Source: Isurus oxyrinchus (taxonomy: Eukaryota). Taken from it: a stretch of DNA of 64,000 nt. The translations under genes and the position numbers were made by a program. This document shows positions 24,641 to 38,079 of this stretch, piece by piece. The stretch is from contig JANJGN010000056.1 of NCBI GenBank assembly GCA_026770705.1, positions 496,001 to 560,000 on the forward strand, given 5' to 3'. The notes beneath the pieces are model-generated. The model did not search any database. It was not told where the DNA came from and saw only the letters and a program-made list of their open reading frames with translations. How positions within the stretch are numbered: position 1 is the first letter of the stretch; every line of letters begins with the position of its first letter.

Positions 24641-25754
24641 TTCAGGGGGCCTCATATTCAAGAGTGATTTGGATAGCTTATTGACGAATAATGGTTATTG
24701 GGGTCATGAGGATGTATGTGTGTGTTTTCAGGGGGCAGTGGAGGGGGCGGGTGTGTGACGCTGGTTGGAGGAGTGCAGGCAGGAAAATGGAGCTGAGGCC
24801 ACGATCAGGTAAAACCATTTTCTTTCAGAGCTGCAGCACAGACTCAAGAGCGCGAATGCCCTACTCCTGCCCTTAATTCTTGTGATGTTGGCCATGTATG
24901 AAATGCAGCCCAAATCAACAGCTGGAGGCGACGACAATTCGGGTTCATTATAATGAGTGACTCAATAGGACAATGACAATCGGCAGAAGACATTTGAGGG
25001 CCAAGGGTTCAATGTTCAACGTGGAATATTCTCCCAGCATTGTACTCTAGTTATCATACAATTTTATAGAAAAAATCGTTTTTCAATCAGCCCAAACATC
25101 TCTCTGAATGGAGTATGTGAGTGGGTGCTGTAGGATGATTGGCTGCTGCAGGAATGGATATTGAGCGTTTATGGGATCGGAATCATCTTGAACACTTTAT
25201 TTTGAAGTATTCTGGTTGAGAAAAGAAACTGCTTCTCCATACAGCTTGTGTTACACATCACGTAATTAACCAAGACAAACCCTCCACGTCCTCCGCGTGT
25301 ATTTATAACTTCCAGGTGGAAGGGCGCAAATTTCAATGCAACGCCATGGTTTGTAGGCCTAGTAACCGATGGAGTTGTCAGTGCCAGCGTAATTCATGGA
25401 ACGATCAGTGCAGCGTATGTCTTCCATCTGGGAGCTTGAAAGTCAATGACAAGGATCACACAGTGCCTTGTTGGAACATAGAATGAGACCAGAAACTCAA
25501 AACAATGGGGAACATCTGAAATTTCCCCATTAGGTCTGGAGGATCAGGAACATTGAGTTGCTAAGCTTCATTTTGATGTAAATTAGTGATGATTTTCCCC
25601 GCAACAGCGACTTGTGGTTTAATCTTTTCCTGCCCTGACCACCTCCGATAATATTTACCCGTTGATCAAAACATGCAGCCCCTTCTACTGGTTTGACCAC
25701 AGACATCAGTCCAATATTGGACGTTTCACTTTGAAGTGGTTGCTTTCACAAGGA

Positions 25755-25880
25755 GAGAGACTGACGTAACCTGTTTGTTCAATGACTGAAATTGATTTAT
25801 TTCTTCAGGGAACATGAATGAGCTAATGGGGATTTAACTGTTGTATAAATAAGAGTTTCTCTGAACGGATCATTTCATGT
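25755..25880 (+). promoter_or_regulatory. Putative core promoter of GPCR copy A
   Basis: TATAAATA at 25844-25851, CRE/bZIP-like TGACGTAA at 25762-25769 and forkhead-like TGTTTGTT at 25772-25779. The block is nearly identical to the paralog at about 50657-50782 and lies about 750 bp upstream of the ATG. Confidence 0.55.
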
Positions 25881-26590
25881 TCTCCGAAAGACTCAGTGAT
25901 TCTGCTTCAATTAGCGCTTCTCACAGCAAATAGCCTTTATTGCAATTTGTCAGATACGGGACACTTACAAACCAATTGTCGAAGTTCTGGTTGTCTAATG
26001 TACGTTTATTTTCACAAACTCAGGCTAACAATAGGAATTTCTCTTATTCTATCCATTCATTGAATGTGGGCGAAACTGGCGAGGCCAGCATTTATTGTCC
26101 ATCCCTATTTGTCCTTGAAAAGATGGTAGTGAGATGCGTTTTTGAGCTGCTGTAGTCTGTGTTATAAGGGGGAGGTCCAGTACTTTGACACAGAGGCAGT
26201 GAAGGAACGGCGATATATTTCCAAATCCGGACGGTGAGGGGTTTGGAGAGGAGCTACTGGTGGTGGCTTTCTCATGTCTATGTTACCTTTGTCTTTCTAG
26301 GTGGAAGCGGACGTGGGTTTGGATGTTTATGTACAGGGCTTCATGTCTGTAAAATGTAGCAGGTTTTCTCTCTTCCCTGTTACGAATGCTTTGGTGAGAG
26401 TTTTCCCCTTATATTCTGGGGTTAATTAATGTGGTATCTCCTTCCGAGTCTCGACAGTGATTTTACATTGTTTATTTTAAGTTTCTGATATTAATTCAAA
26501 GGAGAAGGGTATGTTTGTAAGTTCCAGCTCACATCGTTCCATTCCATCCTTTTTTACCCATCTCAGGAGGAAAGACAGCTTCTCATAAAA

Positions 26591-26660
26591 ATGGCAGAAC
26601 CTGTACTTCTCAAGATAGAAGCCATTTACTACCCGATTCTCGCAGCTGTTGGTGTACCTG
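26591..26660 (+). CDS. Coding exon 1 of GPCR copy A (GPR139/GPR142-like orphan class A receptor)
   Basis: ATG at 26591 reads MAEPVLLKIEAIYYPILAAVGVP plus one G, then a donor G|GTAAGA at 26661. The phase-1 junction with exon 2 rebuilds the TM1 motif GVPGN. A paralogous exon is at 51490. Confidence 0.9.
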
Positions 26661-27174
26661 GTAAGAGCCTAAACACAATCAGTGGACGTATAAATGAATA
26701 TTGACTTTCTTCTCAAATGGTGTTGCTGGTAACGTGAAACCGTTCCTTTTCTGTTGGAGAGTTATCAAAGTTTAGGTGTCATGTTAACTGATTTCTTACT
26801 ATTGCTTCATCTTTCATGCATCATTCTAGAGTGTTGACACCGTATTTATTCTTTGGGGAATTTCTTGAATTTGAGTGCACTCTGCAATAATTTTCATGAC
26901 CAAGTGCAGACCATCTTTAAAATTGGAGATAAAACGTATCTATGAAAATCAATGCAAGGGCAAATTCGCATTCTCCAGAATTCAGCTTGAACTATTTGAA
27001 AGTGTTTGCTCACGGTTTTCCCCTGTTTTCCAATATCGCAAGCAACAGGATCCCTGTCAGATCACGTACTTTTTAACAGCGATATTTTTACAAATCAGTG
27101 TGAAGTTACGAAATCTGGAAACTTGGCTGAATCACAATGCTGTGTGTGATTAAGACATTCCGAAGTCTTACTCA

Positions 27175-27585
27175 CTTGTATATTGATACAAATGATTTTC
27201 AACAGCCTTTGTTCACGACCACGTTGATGGAATTACTTAAAGTAAGCGTGATTTGTGCTCTTTAAGCTTCCATAGACATAATGTTAACAATGACTGGACT
27301 GTTTTATTTTGTGGATTTTAGCTGAGGTATAAATTTCGTTCAGGACACAGGGGGCTACAACAATGTTGCTCCTCGAAAAAGTGGTATTGAATCTTTTTAC
27401 GTTTTCCTCGTGAATCAATTTGACATCTTTTCTTAAAGGTTCTGCTTGTGGAAGTGCAGAATTAATTTACTGAGACATTGGAACATTAGCCGAGAACTTT
27501 GTTCTGAAGTCCTGGCGCCGGAAGCAAATCGTTAAACATCTATCTCAGCACGGAGATTTCAACTGACTGAGCCATAGGTGGCCTG
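27175..27585 (-). mobile_element. Decayed Deu-domain SINE (SacSINE1/AmnSINE1-like) in the GPCR intron (paralog about 52070-52480)
   Basis: The minus strand starts with a tRNA-like GGCTCAGT head and contains Deu-like GTGTCCTG..AATTTAT.CCTCA followed by GTCATTGT..CATT. Recognised from recalled consensus. Confidence 0.55.
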
Positions 27586-29299
27586 ATTTTGAAACAACTA
27601 CACACCCCAAGTAGTTATTTGGTTCTGAATATTCTGCTCCATTCAATTTCTCGCCCTGCACTACCTGCTGATGTAAATCAAACTTGCAAGTATATTTGAT
27701 TTGTATTGAGGATTGAAATTAGTTGGATTAAAGCATTTTCGGACTCCCCTGTCTCTTTTTGAATCTCGCATTGCTAAGTGACATGCAGGTTCTGACAAAA
27801 GAGCATAGAGGCAGAGGCAGTGGGAGCAGAAATTAACAATTTGGCCGCTTGCGCTTGTTCAACTACTCAATTATATCATGGCTGTAAAGATGCATTCAAT
27901 TCATTTCCTTGCACTATCGCATATCTCTGGACGCATTTAACATTTAGAAAATGGTTCATCGCGCTGCCTTCAACATTCCCAATGACTGAGCCTCTGCCGC
28001 TGTTGGGAGAGATAATTTCAAACATTCGCTGCTCTCTGAGTGAAGAAATTCCCCCTCATGTCTGCACCTGTTATTCTGATACTGTCTCTCATGATATTAG
28101 ACACATCAGCCAGGGGCACATCCCTCCAACATCTGTAACATCGAACCCTGTAAGAATAGTGTATGATTCAGTGAGATCATTTCTCATTTGGCAAAGCTCC
28201 AGAAAGCATAGGGTCAGTCTCGTCAATGTCACCACATTGGAATATCCCAGCTAATTCCCAGTAATTCAAGGAATTATCTTGTTAACAATCATTGTAGCAC
28301 AGCTATAACAACAGCGCAAAAACTCACGCTAAAAGGAGAATTTGGAATGCTTGTCCTGCACCACAACCATCACCATAATAATGCCACATGAAAATTGAGG
28401 AGTTGGAGATAGATTGGGTTTGGAATTGCAAACTATGGTTGTGCACATCCCTGGTCTAGCATATGGCACAAATTGCCTGATGAATGCCCACTTTTATGTT
28501 GCTGATCAGATTGAAAACTACCCCATATCGCACAAAGGTAGCGTCACACTATACGATGGAGGAACTTTCCAATGTTAAGGCCAACTACGTCTGCACAAGG
28601 AGCATGCGGTGGCCTATCCTATCATTCCTGTAATGGGCAGGTGCATATGTTGCTTGACGTTTGGTGAGGCGTGTTCATTTCGGTCTTTGCACCTTGTTGT
28701 TTCCCTGATCACCTTCCAAAGACCCAATCCAGCGGTTATATGTCTGACTCGGCCTGATCGGCCACTTGTGGTGCTACCGAACCTGTCTTGGTCATAGACG
28801 ATGACAGCACCTGCATACAATAGTTTTTGTTTCTTGCCACTCACCAAAACTTCGTTTTATGCCCCACAAGAGTGCATAAGTTAAGCGTGAGGTGCAGGTA
28901 ATTTAGGAGGGATCGGAGGAAAAACTTTTTTCCCCTGAGTTTGTTGAATGTCTCTAATGCGCTGCCTGGCAGGGTGGTAGAGACAGATTGCCTCACATCC
29001 TTTAAAAAGTAACTGGATGAGCACTTGGCACATCAATACCTTCAAGGCTATGTGTCAATTTCTGGTAAATGTAATTAAGTAGTCAGGACAGGTGTTTTGC
29101 ACATGCCAGTACAGACTCGAAGGGCTGAAGTGCCTCTTGTGCACTGTGACTCTGTGATTCTATGATTCGTCCATGGACGCTCATTCATTCATCATCTGAG
29201 GGGAACGGGAGGTGGTCAACATAAGGGAATATTCAGTGCCTGTGTTTTACATAATGCCATGAGGTTGAATATAAGTTTCCCGTGCTCTTAGTGCTCTGA

Positions 29300-31310
29300 A
29301 AAATGGTGCTCACTGAACGGAGAGGCGTGGCCAAATGGTATTTCGGAAAGCAACAATGGAATTGGGAGAAGCCTAAATTCCCGTTTTCGATAAAGTTATT
29401 TTCCTCAGGTGTTGGTTGATAGTTTAGATGAACTTTAAAATCAGTAAGAATAACTATTCGTTAGAGATAAACAGCTTGAATCATTAAAGCTAAGCATTGG
29501 TTGTCAAACAAGCAGCCTGATTTGCCGTGGATTAGTTCAATATTGTTGAATGTTATTGAAGCAGAACTCATCCAGAAAACTGTTGTTTATTCCAGTAGAT
29601 TCCTGAATTGTGCATTAAAGATGGAGTGAAGGTTTTGCAGAGTCAGGCGGGTATGTCCTCGCCACAGAATTCCCAGTCCTGACTTGCGCTTCTAGTCACA
29701 GTTTATAGTCAATGGTTTTTCCGTGGATCTTCAAAATGGAGAATTAAACGATGGTGATACCATTAAATATCTATGAGAAATTGTTGAACACTTTTGTTTC
29801 GTAGGTGGTCATTTCCTGTCGGTTGTCTGTCTAATATGACTTGTCAGTTTTCAGCAGAATCCTCGATATTGCCCAGGTCTCGGTGGACACGGGCAAGATT
29901 TCTTCAGCATCTGTTGAATCGCGAATGGTTTTGAAATTTAAACAATCATCAGCGGACACTCCTGCCACTCACTCCCCTACCATAAGACTTCCTCTGGGCA
30001 TATGTTGCAAAGAAGTTAATTGATGAAGCAGATTAAGGTGGTTTGACTCAGGACACTGCTCATAGGATCTCGTGCAGTGCTTTCATCGGGATGAGATGAT
30101 TCACCTGAGAAACAAAACAAAAAAATCTTCTTTGTGATAGGTATGACAGCAATCAATGGAGATGCTTCCCCATTAAGTTTATTGACCTGAATCCTGATAT
30201 ATCTCCTTCTTACCACAGAATGTCAAATGTTGTCTTGATGTAAATAACATCCGCTCTCCACTCCCCGCGTGAATTCAGCACTTTTGACCATGTTTGGTTT
30301 AAGGCCGAACCGAGAGTTGGAGCTCATACGAAGCAGAAAATGGTCGTCAGTGAGCAAGTTGCTCACTAGTACGTGGCGATTGAAAGCAATTACCATGACC
30401 GATTCCATCAATATGTTCATGATGAAGAATAGGGGATAAGGGGGTAATTATTGGTCCGATTTGACGAGTTTTGTTTTTGTGGATAGACCCAGCTGTGCGA
30501 CAGCTCACATTTTCGCTTAGATGCCACTGTTTTAGCTGTCCTATACCAGATTGTCTAGGAAGATTTATTCGGGAGCACTGATCACCCGGATGATTGCCGG
30601 TATCTGACAGGACCCATAGTCTCTGCATCATCCCGTTCCTTCAGTCATTCCTTTAGATGAAGTGCAGTGAATCACATTAGCTCAAAATTGGCATCTGTGA
30701 CGCTCTCATCCTCAGAAGGGGGACAGGATGATTCACCCACCCTTCATGTCAGTCTGAATATGGCGGAAAGTTCTTGAGCCATGTGTATGCACTGATGTGC
30801 TGCGCCCCACAATCATTACCGATGTGGATATTGGTGGGGTCTCCACCACCCTTGATTCGTTGCTCTGTCCAACATCATTCAAGATGGCATGAGCAGAACT
30901 TCAGAGCTAAGTTAGCGTTATTTGCTGGTTGGATCAATCAGCCCTGTCTGCATTCTGCATCCACTGCTTTGCATGCAAGTCGTCCTGTCTCGCAATTCAC
31001 CAGGTCAAAGCCCCGTTTTAAGGTATGATTGCAGCAACTCCTGATATATGACAGGTGTCGGCAAAAGTAATCCTTTCGAGCAATTCACTTCGAAAGCCTG
31101 GAAGGATACGAGCAGAAGTGGCATGGGAACACTCTTATTGCAAAATCGTTTCCAAGTCACACCCCATACTGACTCCGAGACATATCAGCGTTCCCTGAAT
31201 GCCACTGGATCAAACACCTGTAAATCCATCACTCGTAACACTGTGTGTGTAACTGCAGCACATGGACAGCAAGAAGAATAATATCTGCTCTCGGAAAAAT
31301 GCTGATCCTA
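29300..31310. mobile_element. Composite of decayed LINE fragments in the GPCR intron (paralog about 54160-56300)
   Basis: Similar to the 4880-6370 and 15760-17300 family, mostly minus strand, with a plus-strand 3' piece at about 31050-31310. Confidence 0.55.
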
Positions 31311-34300
31311 CCAATGATTCCCCAAAAAGAAAGTGCTGCATAATGCCGAATCTATGAATGTGTTTGTCACTTGATATGAAAGGACGTTCCTGTATGTTTA
31401 CTTTGTAGCACTAAACTAAGACAGACTGCAACATGCATGTTTTAGTTCAAATCCTTTCGCAGTAGTCTGGTTCCCAACTGAGGATGTATATCTTCAATTC
31501 GTTCCTGAATACCTAAATCTGTAGCCGAAACGATGGGCTGGACATTTCTCCCCAAATTGCAGCTCAAACCTACACACTCACACTCCCCATCACCACTCGC
31601 ACCCACCCCGCTTACCACCCCCACTCCCCAGCATCACCCACCCCCATCGAAAACGTTGAATCTGCACAAATATCAGATACCTGCATCGAGTATAATGGTG
31701 TCGTGTACTTAATTTCCCCAATTGCAGATGGAGAATGGGCGGGTCAACCATTCTCAAGTTACTTATTAACAGGTTATTGAGCTTGTCAGCGAACCAATCG
31801 TATGTTGTCCTGTTTGGTGTATTGCATTTGCTGTGGCTCGAATGAGAAAAATAAGTGTTATTGTGCAGCTATTGTGAGACGGGCAAAGAGCGGTAGGGAA
31901 CTCCTGCCTCCAGGAGCATGATCGAATGCAGCAGCAGATTGTGCTGGAGAAGATGCATCATCGTCATGCTTTTTTTCTCACTTTTTCGTTTCTTGCCTGA
32001 GCATTGAATGAAAAGTATTTTTCAAAAAAATGTCTGAGTATAGGCTGTTTTGAGCTTGTAGCCATAGCGACTGTCTGTTCACAGCATTACACTCTGCTGC
32101 ATGAGGTCCAGGCGTTCACTGTCGATTGGATGAGGACACCATTTTGCATCTTTCATTGCCTCTTCCCCGGAATTGGATGGAGTGACGAGTTGGAGGCCGC
32201 CTAAGGGAGGATGAGTGGGACAAGAGGGAGTAGGCCACTCATTTTGCATTTACCCAATATCACAATGCCGAAAAACGTGAAATCCAGTCTGATGCCTACT
32301 TGATGTAACGTTGCTTTATGAACGTAAATCACTTTCAGCGTTTTTAACCTGCACCGGGTGTCTTGGCCTGTCTTTCTAATGTCAGTGTTGCTACCGAGTC
32401 TGCAGAAATGTGTCATAACCAAAAACACTGTTCAGTGGATCTCACTCAGTGTTGCTTTAGCCAGAGCATTCGCAACGTCCCTAAAATGAATTTGAACTTT
32501 AGGATCTGCATTGCATACAAATGATGCCACAGATAAATGTTAATTTGTGCTTACATTACGAAGCAAACAACGCTCTTGAAGTGACAGAGTTAGGAAAGTG
32601 GCAGAAACTAAATCGCTCTGTAGTTCATCAGACGGGGGTATTTACGGAAACCACTCCAAGAGGCATATAGGTCAATGTGCATTGAACCTGCTCTATGTTT
32701 CTTTTCACAAACAGCAAATCAATAAGAGAAGCAGATTGCATTTTCAGATAGCAATTGTGCAGCCTATATAAATGTTCAATTCTCGAGTTATTTGATCAGG
32801 GGCTTATGTGGATAATATACTTGATATCTGTACACTTAATTTCACAGATAAAATGATCTATAATGGTTTGGATAATACACCGTTGAATTCGTTAGAAAAT
32901 TCTGTGGTTCATTCCTGGGGCATTTCAATGTTTAATGTAGAAGAAACTTCTAGAAACATGTGGATAATTTATTGGATATTAGTTTTGATAATTAATTTGT
33001 TCCAACATTTGCTGCTTCAGTATATAATTGTTAAAATTACTGTCTTTTTCCTATTTTTAACTGTTTCCTCAATTACAGTTCTGTCAAGTACAGGTTCAAG
33101 TGCTAATAATCTGGTTAACCATCTCTGTTTAATTCAAAAAAGCGAATTGATATTTATGACTCTGAGTGAAAATTCATGCCATTGTAAGGATATCAATACT
33201 AGATTTGTTCAGGGAATAATTTGTTTATGATAAATGAACATAAATCTAACTTACAAGCTGATACAGAAATGTAAAATTCTATTTATCTTTATCTGACTAA
33301 TACCACTTTCTTATTCCAAAGCTCATGTAAAAAATTAATGAACATCCTCAGGAATTAATATGATCCAAAATGTTAATTCAACACCCCGTTTATAGACATT
33401 GCTCCATTGCATTGATGTTTTCCCAAATACAAGTTTGCGGAAGCTACACTTTCTGTCTGCTCCAGGTTGCAAAGCCTTCAAAGCACTTAGTACTTCATTG
33501 AACTCATCCCTTCCTTGTGAGAATGTGCATTTTATATTCCTGAATTTGGGCATCCTGAGTCTAACCAGAGATTTCATAAGAAAATCTATTCTGTGCCCTT
33601 GCAAGAGCCATGAAATCCTATCCTACACCATAGGCATCAGAACCACAAACACAATTTAGGAAGCGAACAATTACTTACTTTGGATATTAATTATTAGAGT
33701 TATTTAACTTGCTTTGAAATGCAGATAATAAATAAATGAACATGTGCATGAACTTAGTAAATGTATGGCAGCAACAAATAGGTTCATTGAGATTCACTGA
33801 GAAACTCCATTCTTCAAAAATTCAACGGAGTTTTATTATTTAAACAACAGAAACGTTGATGCAGGCACTATTATCTGAGGCTCACGTCAATTTCGCTTGA
33901 TTTATAAAGCTTATTGGATTTAATCAGTAATTAGTAGAAATATTTCAGTTTAGTCTTCTGTATAGTAACAGATCATTGAATTAGATAGCTAATTCACAAA
34001 AATGTTCTTGCATTTTGAAAAATAAATATGCATTTTACCAAATATTGCTAAAATTGAAGGATGGTATGATCCGAAACAATCTAAAATGAAAATAGCTGCA
34101 ACGTATGATAATTTAACCATGCATATGTTAGAAGTTAGATCATTATCATCAAGTAATCGACACTTCATTGTTTTGCTCTTCTAATCATATATTAGACCTA
34201 AAATAATCCACCTACTCAAATCGATGGGCCCGTCATGGTCCATGTCGACTTGGAACATTTGCCCTTGGTGTCCTGCAAGTGTCAGTGTTCAGCTTCACAT

Positions 34301-35577
34301 TTCAAATCATTTCTCACAGATATTGTGAATGACATGCAAGTGACTCCCTTATGCCCTTTCGGAAAAAAAAGTGCTTTGATATACAGCTCATCAATCAATG
34401 GGAACGTACCCCTGTCTCCCCAGAATAGATAGTTGATTTTAAACACACTGGAATCCCATCTTCGAATTGCTTACTACACTTTAACAATGTGTCTTGTATC
34501 GCTGCGAATCATATTGTCCCTGTTTTTTGCGATATCCATTCACTGCACTTTAAACTATTCCGTCCAGAAAGAAGCGTGGTCCTGCAAAATTCCCACTCTG
34601 CCTTCCCGTTGGCCAATAAATATTTCACACTTAATCTGATACCTATGTCACTGTTCCCATTCGGCCATTAAACTACCCGCCTGATCAGCACCAAATATAC
34701 ACAGTCGGCAAAGAAATGTTGCTTCACTTTTTTTCTGCAATGAATTTGCGATGCATTCACCTGACCTAAACCTTCACAATGCCCAGCCTGCATATTAATC
34801 TTCCATTACTGAGTTTGCCTTAAAAAAAACCTGACTCATCTGCCCTCATCTCCTGCCACAACGTTTCAATGAGAATCTGCATAAAAATGTCACCATGTTT
34901 TGATTCTCTTTGGACCGGATCTGTGAAGTCTCCTGGGTAAACCCTTGATCAGCCTCGTCTATGCTAGTGTTTCTTTGTAGCCCAGTGACCATTCTAACAT
35001 ATCCTGTGCAGTTAATATTCCATCTTTACACTCCCAAGCGTTTAGAGTATGCCAATGCTGCTGGGCAACAATTTACGTACGAGCTGTGAGTCCTGTGTCA
35101 CAGCAACCATTTCAAATACTTACCGCATCCATAAACCACGCAGTGCACATTGCACGACTACCTCTTCCAGAGTCTAACTCTGCTTTCCCAAGATTCCATT
35201 TTGCGTCTTTATTTCCCAAATGATATTGCACCTTCACACATTAGTTGTCTCTTTACACCTCCTACTTACTATCTAAAGTTCAACATGCCGAGCCGTTTTT
35301 GTACCTTCAAATTGTCCACATCACAGTCTCGCTCAAGAAGCTCAATCGTTATTGCACACTAGTTGCCCAGTTTAAACTGATGATGTTCCTATCAAAAGAG
35401 GAATGATCATTTCCCTGTCCACATTTACTAAGTCCAATCCACATTTAGTATATGCTCATCTCGGGAAGCAGGTCCTGCATGTTTGGGTGAAATGCATGAG
35501 CCTTTGCTGCAACTGCAAGAGAAGTTGCCTTGTTCATCTGTGACTTCTATCTCCTTCTCTCTCTTCCTCACTTACAG

Positions 35578-36482
35578 GTAATGTTGTTGCGATTGTCATC
35601 CTTTCCAGAAGAAAGTGTGGTCTCTCCAAATGCATTACATGTTATATGATTGCAATGGCAGCGGCTGATCTCCTGTTTATTTGTACTGAAGTCATACTGA
35701 AGGAAATGCTGAATATTTATTTTCCGGATTCATTCTTGACCATGAGCACGGTATGCCATCTAACGGAGACATTGATTTATGTAGTCACTTCAGCCTCTGT
35801 CTGGTTGACATTGGTGTTCACCTTCGATCGTTTTGTGGCGATATGTTGTCTGGAACTGAGAAAAAAATATTGCACAGAGAAAACAGGTGTAGCTGTCATA
35901 TCAGTAGTGAGTGTTTTGAGTTGTTTGACAAACATTCCCTGGTATTTTGCTTATGAACCTGCATATATAATTGGCAATGTACCTCGCGGTTGCAAACTAA
36001 AACAGACATTTTTCAGTTCTGCTGAATGGGCTGCATTTGATTTCTTTGTGCTAACTTTGACCCCACTTGTTCCATTCATTTTAATTTTGTTGCTAAATGT
36101 TTTGACGGTGAGACGTATTTTAGCTGCCAGTAGAGTTCGCAGGGGTCTCCGCGGTTGCTGCAATGGAGAGCATCACAATGATCCAGAGATAGAAAGACGA
36201 AGAAAGTCCATAATTTTACTCTTCAGTATAACCGGCAGCTTTATATTGCTCTGGACTACTCCAGTCGCATATGTTTTCTCTCTGCATACAACAATCATTT
36301 CATATTCTGGCACTAATGAACTTGGGTCAGTTGCAATCATGCTTGCGGTCCTCAGCTGCTGCACAAATGCATTCATTTATGTGCTGACACAGTCTAGGTT
36401 TAGGGAGGAGCTGAGGAACGGAATGCAATACTCTTTGAAACGGTGCGTAAAATTAGTCAAATTACAGCTGAAAACCAATTGA
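35578..36482 (+). CDS. Coding exon 2 of GPCR copy A; spliced protein 324 aa, 7TM class A, GPR139/GPR142-like
   Basis: A pyrimidine tract and CTTACAG acceptor end at 35577, in frame with ORF 35646..36482. Motifs: TM2 MAAADLL, TM3 Cys and FTFDRFVAIC (DRY variant), TM4 NIPWY, ECL2 Cys, TM5 PLVPF, TM6 SFILLWTTP, TM7 CCTNAFIY (NPxxY variant), helix 8 QSRFREEL. Family assignment is from recalled motif similarity, not a search. Confidence 0.92.
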
Positions 36483-36669
36483 CATATGCAAGAGGACTTA
36501 AAAACTGTGCCTGAAGGGAGTCACATTAGCAAAATACTTGAAGTGATGTATGCTGACTCTGGATAAAATTACATCCCAGGTGAAAATACTCTTTCATGGT
36601 GTAGTCTCAAATTGAACTCCTTTTCACTTTATTCTATAATAAATGGTGGACTTGAGGCATGATGATAAT

Positions 36670-36675
36670 AATAAA
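36670..36675 (+). terminator. Candidate polyadenylation signal of copy A
   Basis: AATAAA about 190 nt after the stop. AATAAA is at the homologous position in copy B (61955-61960) and copy C (minus strand, about 14366-14371). A second AATAAA at 36638 is specific to A. Confidence 0.4.
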
Positions 36676-38079
36676 AAGAAAATTACTGAACAACCCTGGT
36701 TATAGTTGCAGGGTTTGAGAGTTTGAATTGTGATGCCAGTCTCTGATCGCATAGAGCTCATTGGAGCAGATGCTCTGATCAACAGCCCATACATCACAGG
36801 CTGGATCAAAATAACTCGAACAAGCGTAACATAGAAAAACAGCACAGATAACCTTCAATGTCTCTTCTGGGCCGAATAAGATATGGGGCAGTTTTCAGAA
36901 CAGGTTTCATGAAACCTGGCTCCCCCCAAATATCCGACTGTTGCACAATGAGCTGCTACTCAGAGTTCCATATAAATCACATGATTAAAACAAAGACTGC
37001 CTGGTGATCACGTGCTTTGTGAAAGACTGGGCATTGGCGCAATTGATCATATGGTAAATTTAAGACTCATTCCAACGATCTATCGGACTTAGAGACGGTT
37101 CCATATCTTGATTTCAAATTTCCCTACAATTCCTTTGCAAGCTTGCAAAACTCAAACTTAATTATTCACGAAGACAGGGACGGCCTCCTCCCCACATGCT
37201 CATACACAACAGTCTATGTTTCATGTTTTCTGGTCTTTTCACACACACGGCCACCAAATGCTTGTTATCACAATTCACAGATGCTGTGGCGTCTGAAAAT
37301 TATTAATTTGAAGTCCACTCATCAAAACAACGAGTGAAGCTTCCACCAGATATCCGCACCAATTCCCAGCTATGAAACGTCCACTCGCTCATGGCCCAAC
37401 CATAAACATCTTCCTTTGTATTCCTTTGTACTTTGCGCATGAACAAACATAATGTAATTCTTCTCTTCACATATTCTCATCATTTATTCCCATTCACTTA
37501 AACACAGATCGTAGATGCAACCATATACAGGTTACAGCACGGAAAACAGAATTTGACATGCCCTTTCCTTATTGACTCCCTGAAGAGGATATGCATCGAT
37601 CATCCACTCCTACTCCTTGACCATGCTGTCTGGGTCATTCAGTTTTCTCAGATACTAACACAAAATCGCCTTAACCTTTCCTAGTTGACCAGTCTAATCA
37701 TCCAGGGAAATGTTTGGCCACAAGAACGGCCAATTAAAATAGCAAATGGAACGTGCCGTTAGATAGAAACATACACCTGCTGTCAAGGAATAAATGAACA
37801 TTTAAAAAAAAAGATTCGGTCATGGCATGAGGGTTACAGCTGGCAAGAAAAGCATTTATTGCCAAACGCCCATTGTTCTTACAGCAAAGTGAACGTGATC
37901 CACCATTTCGAACAGCTACAGTGATTGTGATATTTCGCAGACGATGCCTTTGGCCTGAATTACTAAATAACCACAAGTCGGCCACGCAGCAATCTTTTCT
38001 AAATAGTTCCTCTGACCTTCTGGCACCTGCACTTTCCAAATATACACCCCGGCTGCTGAGCTCCCAGTCATTTTAGTTC

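Noticed and set aside
27820-28254. ORF pair with 52703..53014
   Set aside because: Antisense frame of a CR1 3' fragment duplicated with the unit.
32808-33230. Hydrophobic intronic ORF also open in the paralog (57731..58051)
   Set aside because: The similarity is explained by the segmental duplication. Starts and stops differ, many changes are non-synonymous, and T-rich DNA gives hydrophobic translations by chance.
35578-36482. Assigning the symbol GPR139
   Set aside because: Only family-level resemblance is visible. Multiple diverged local paralogs argue against 1:1 orthology without a phylogeny.
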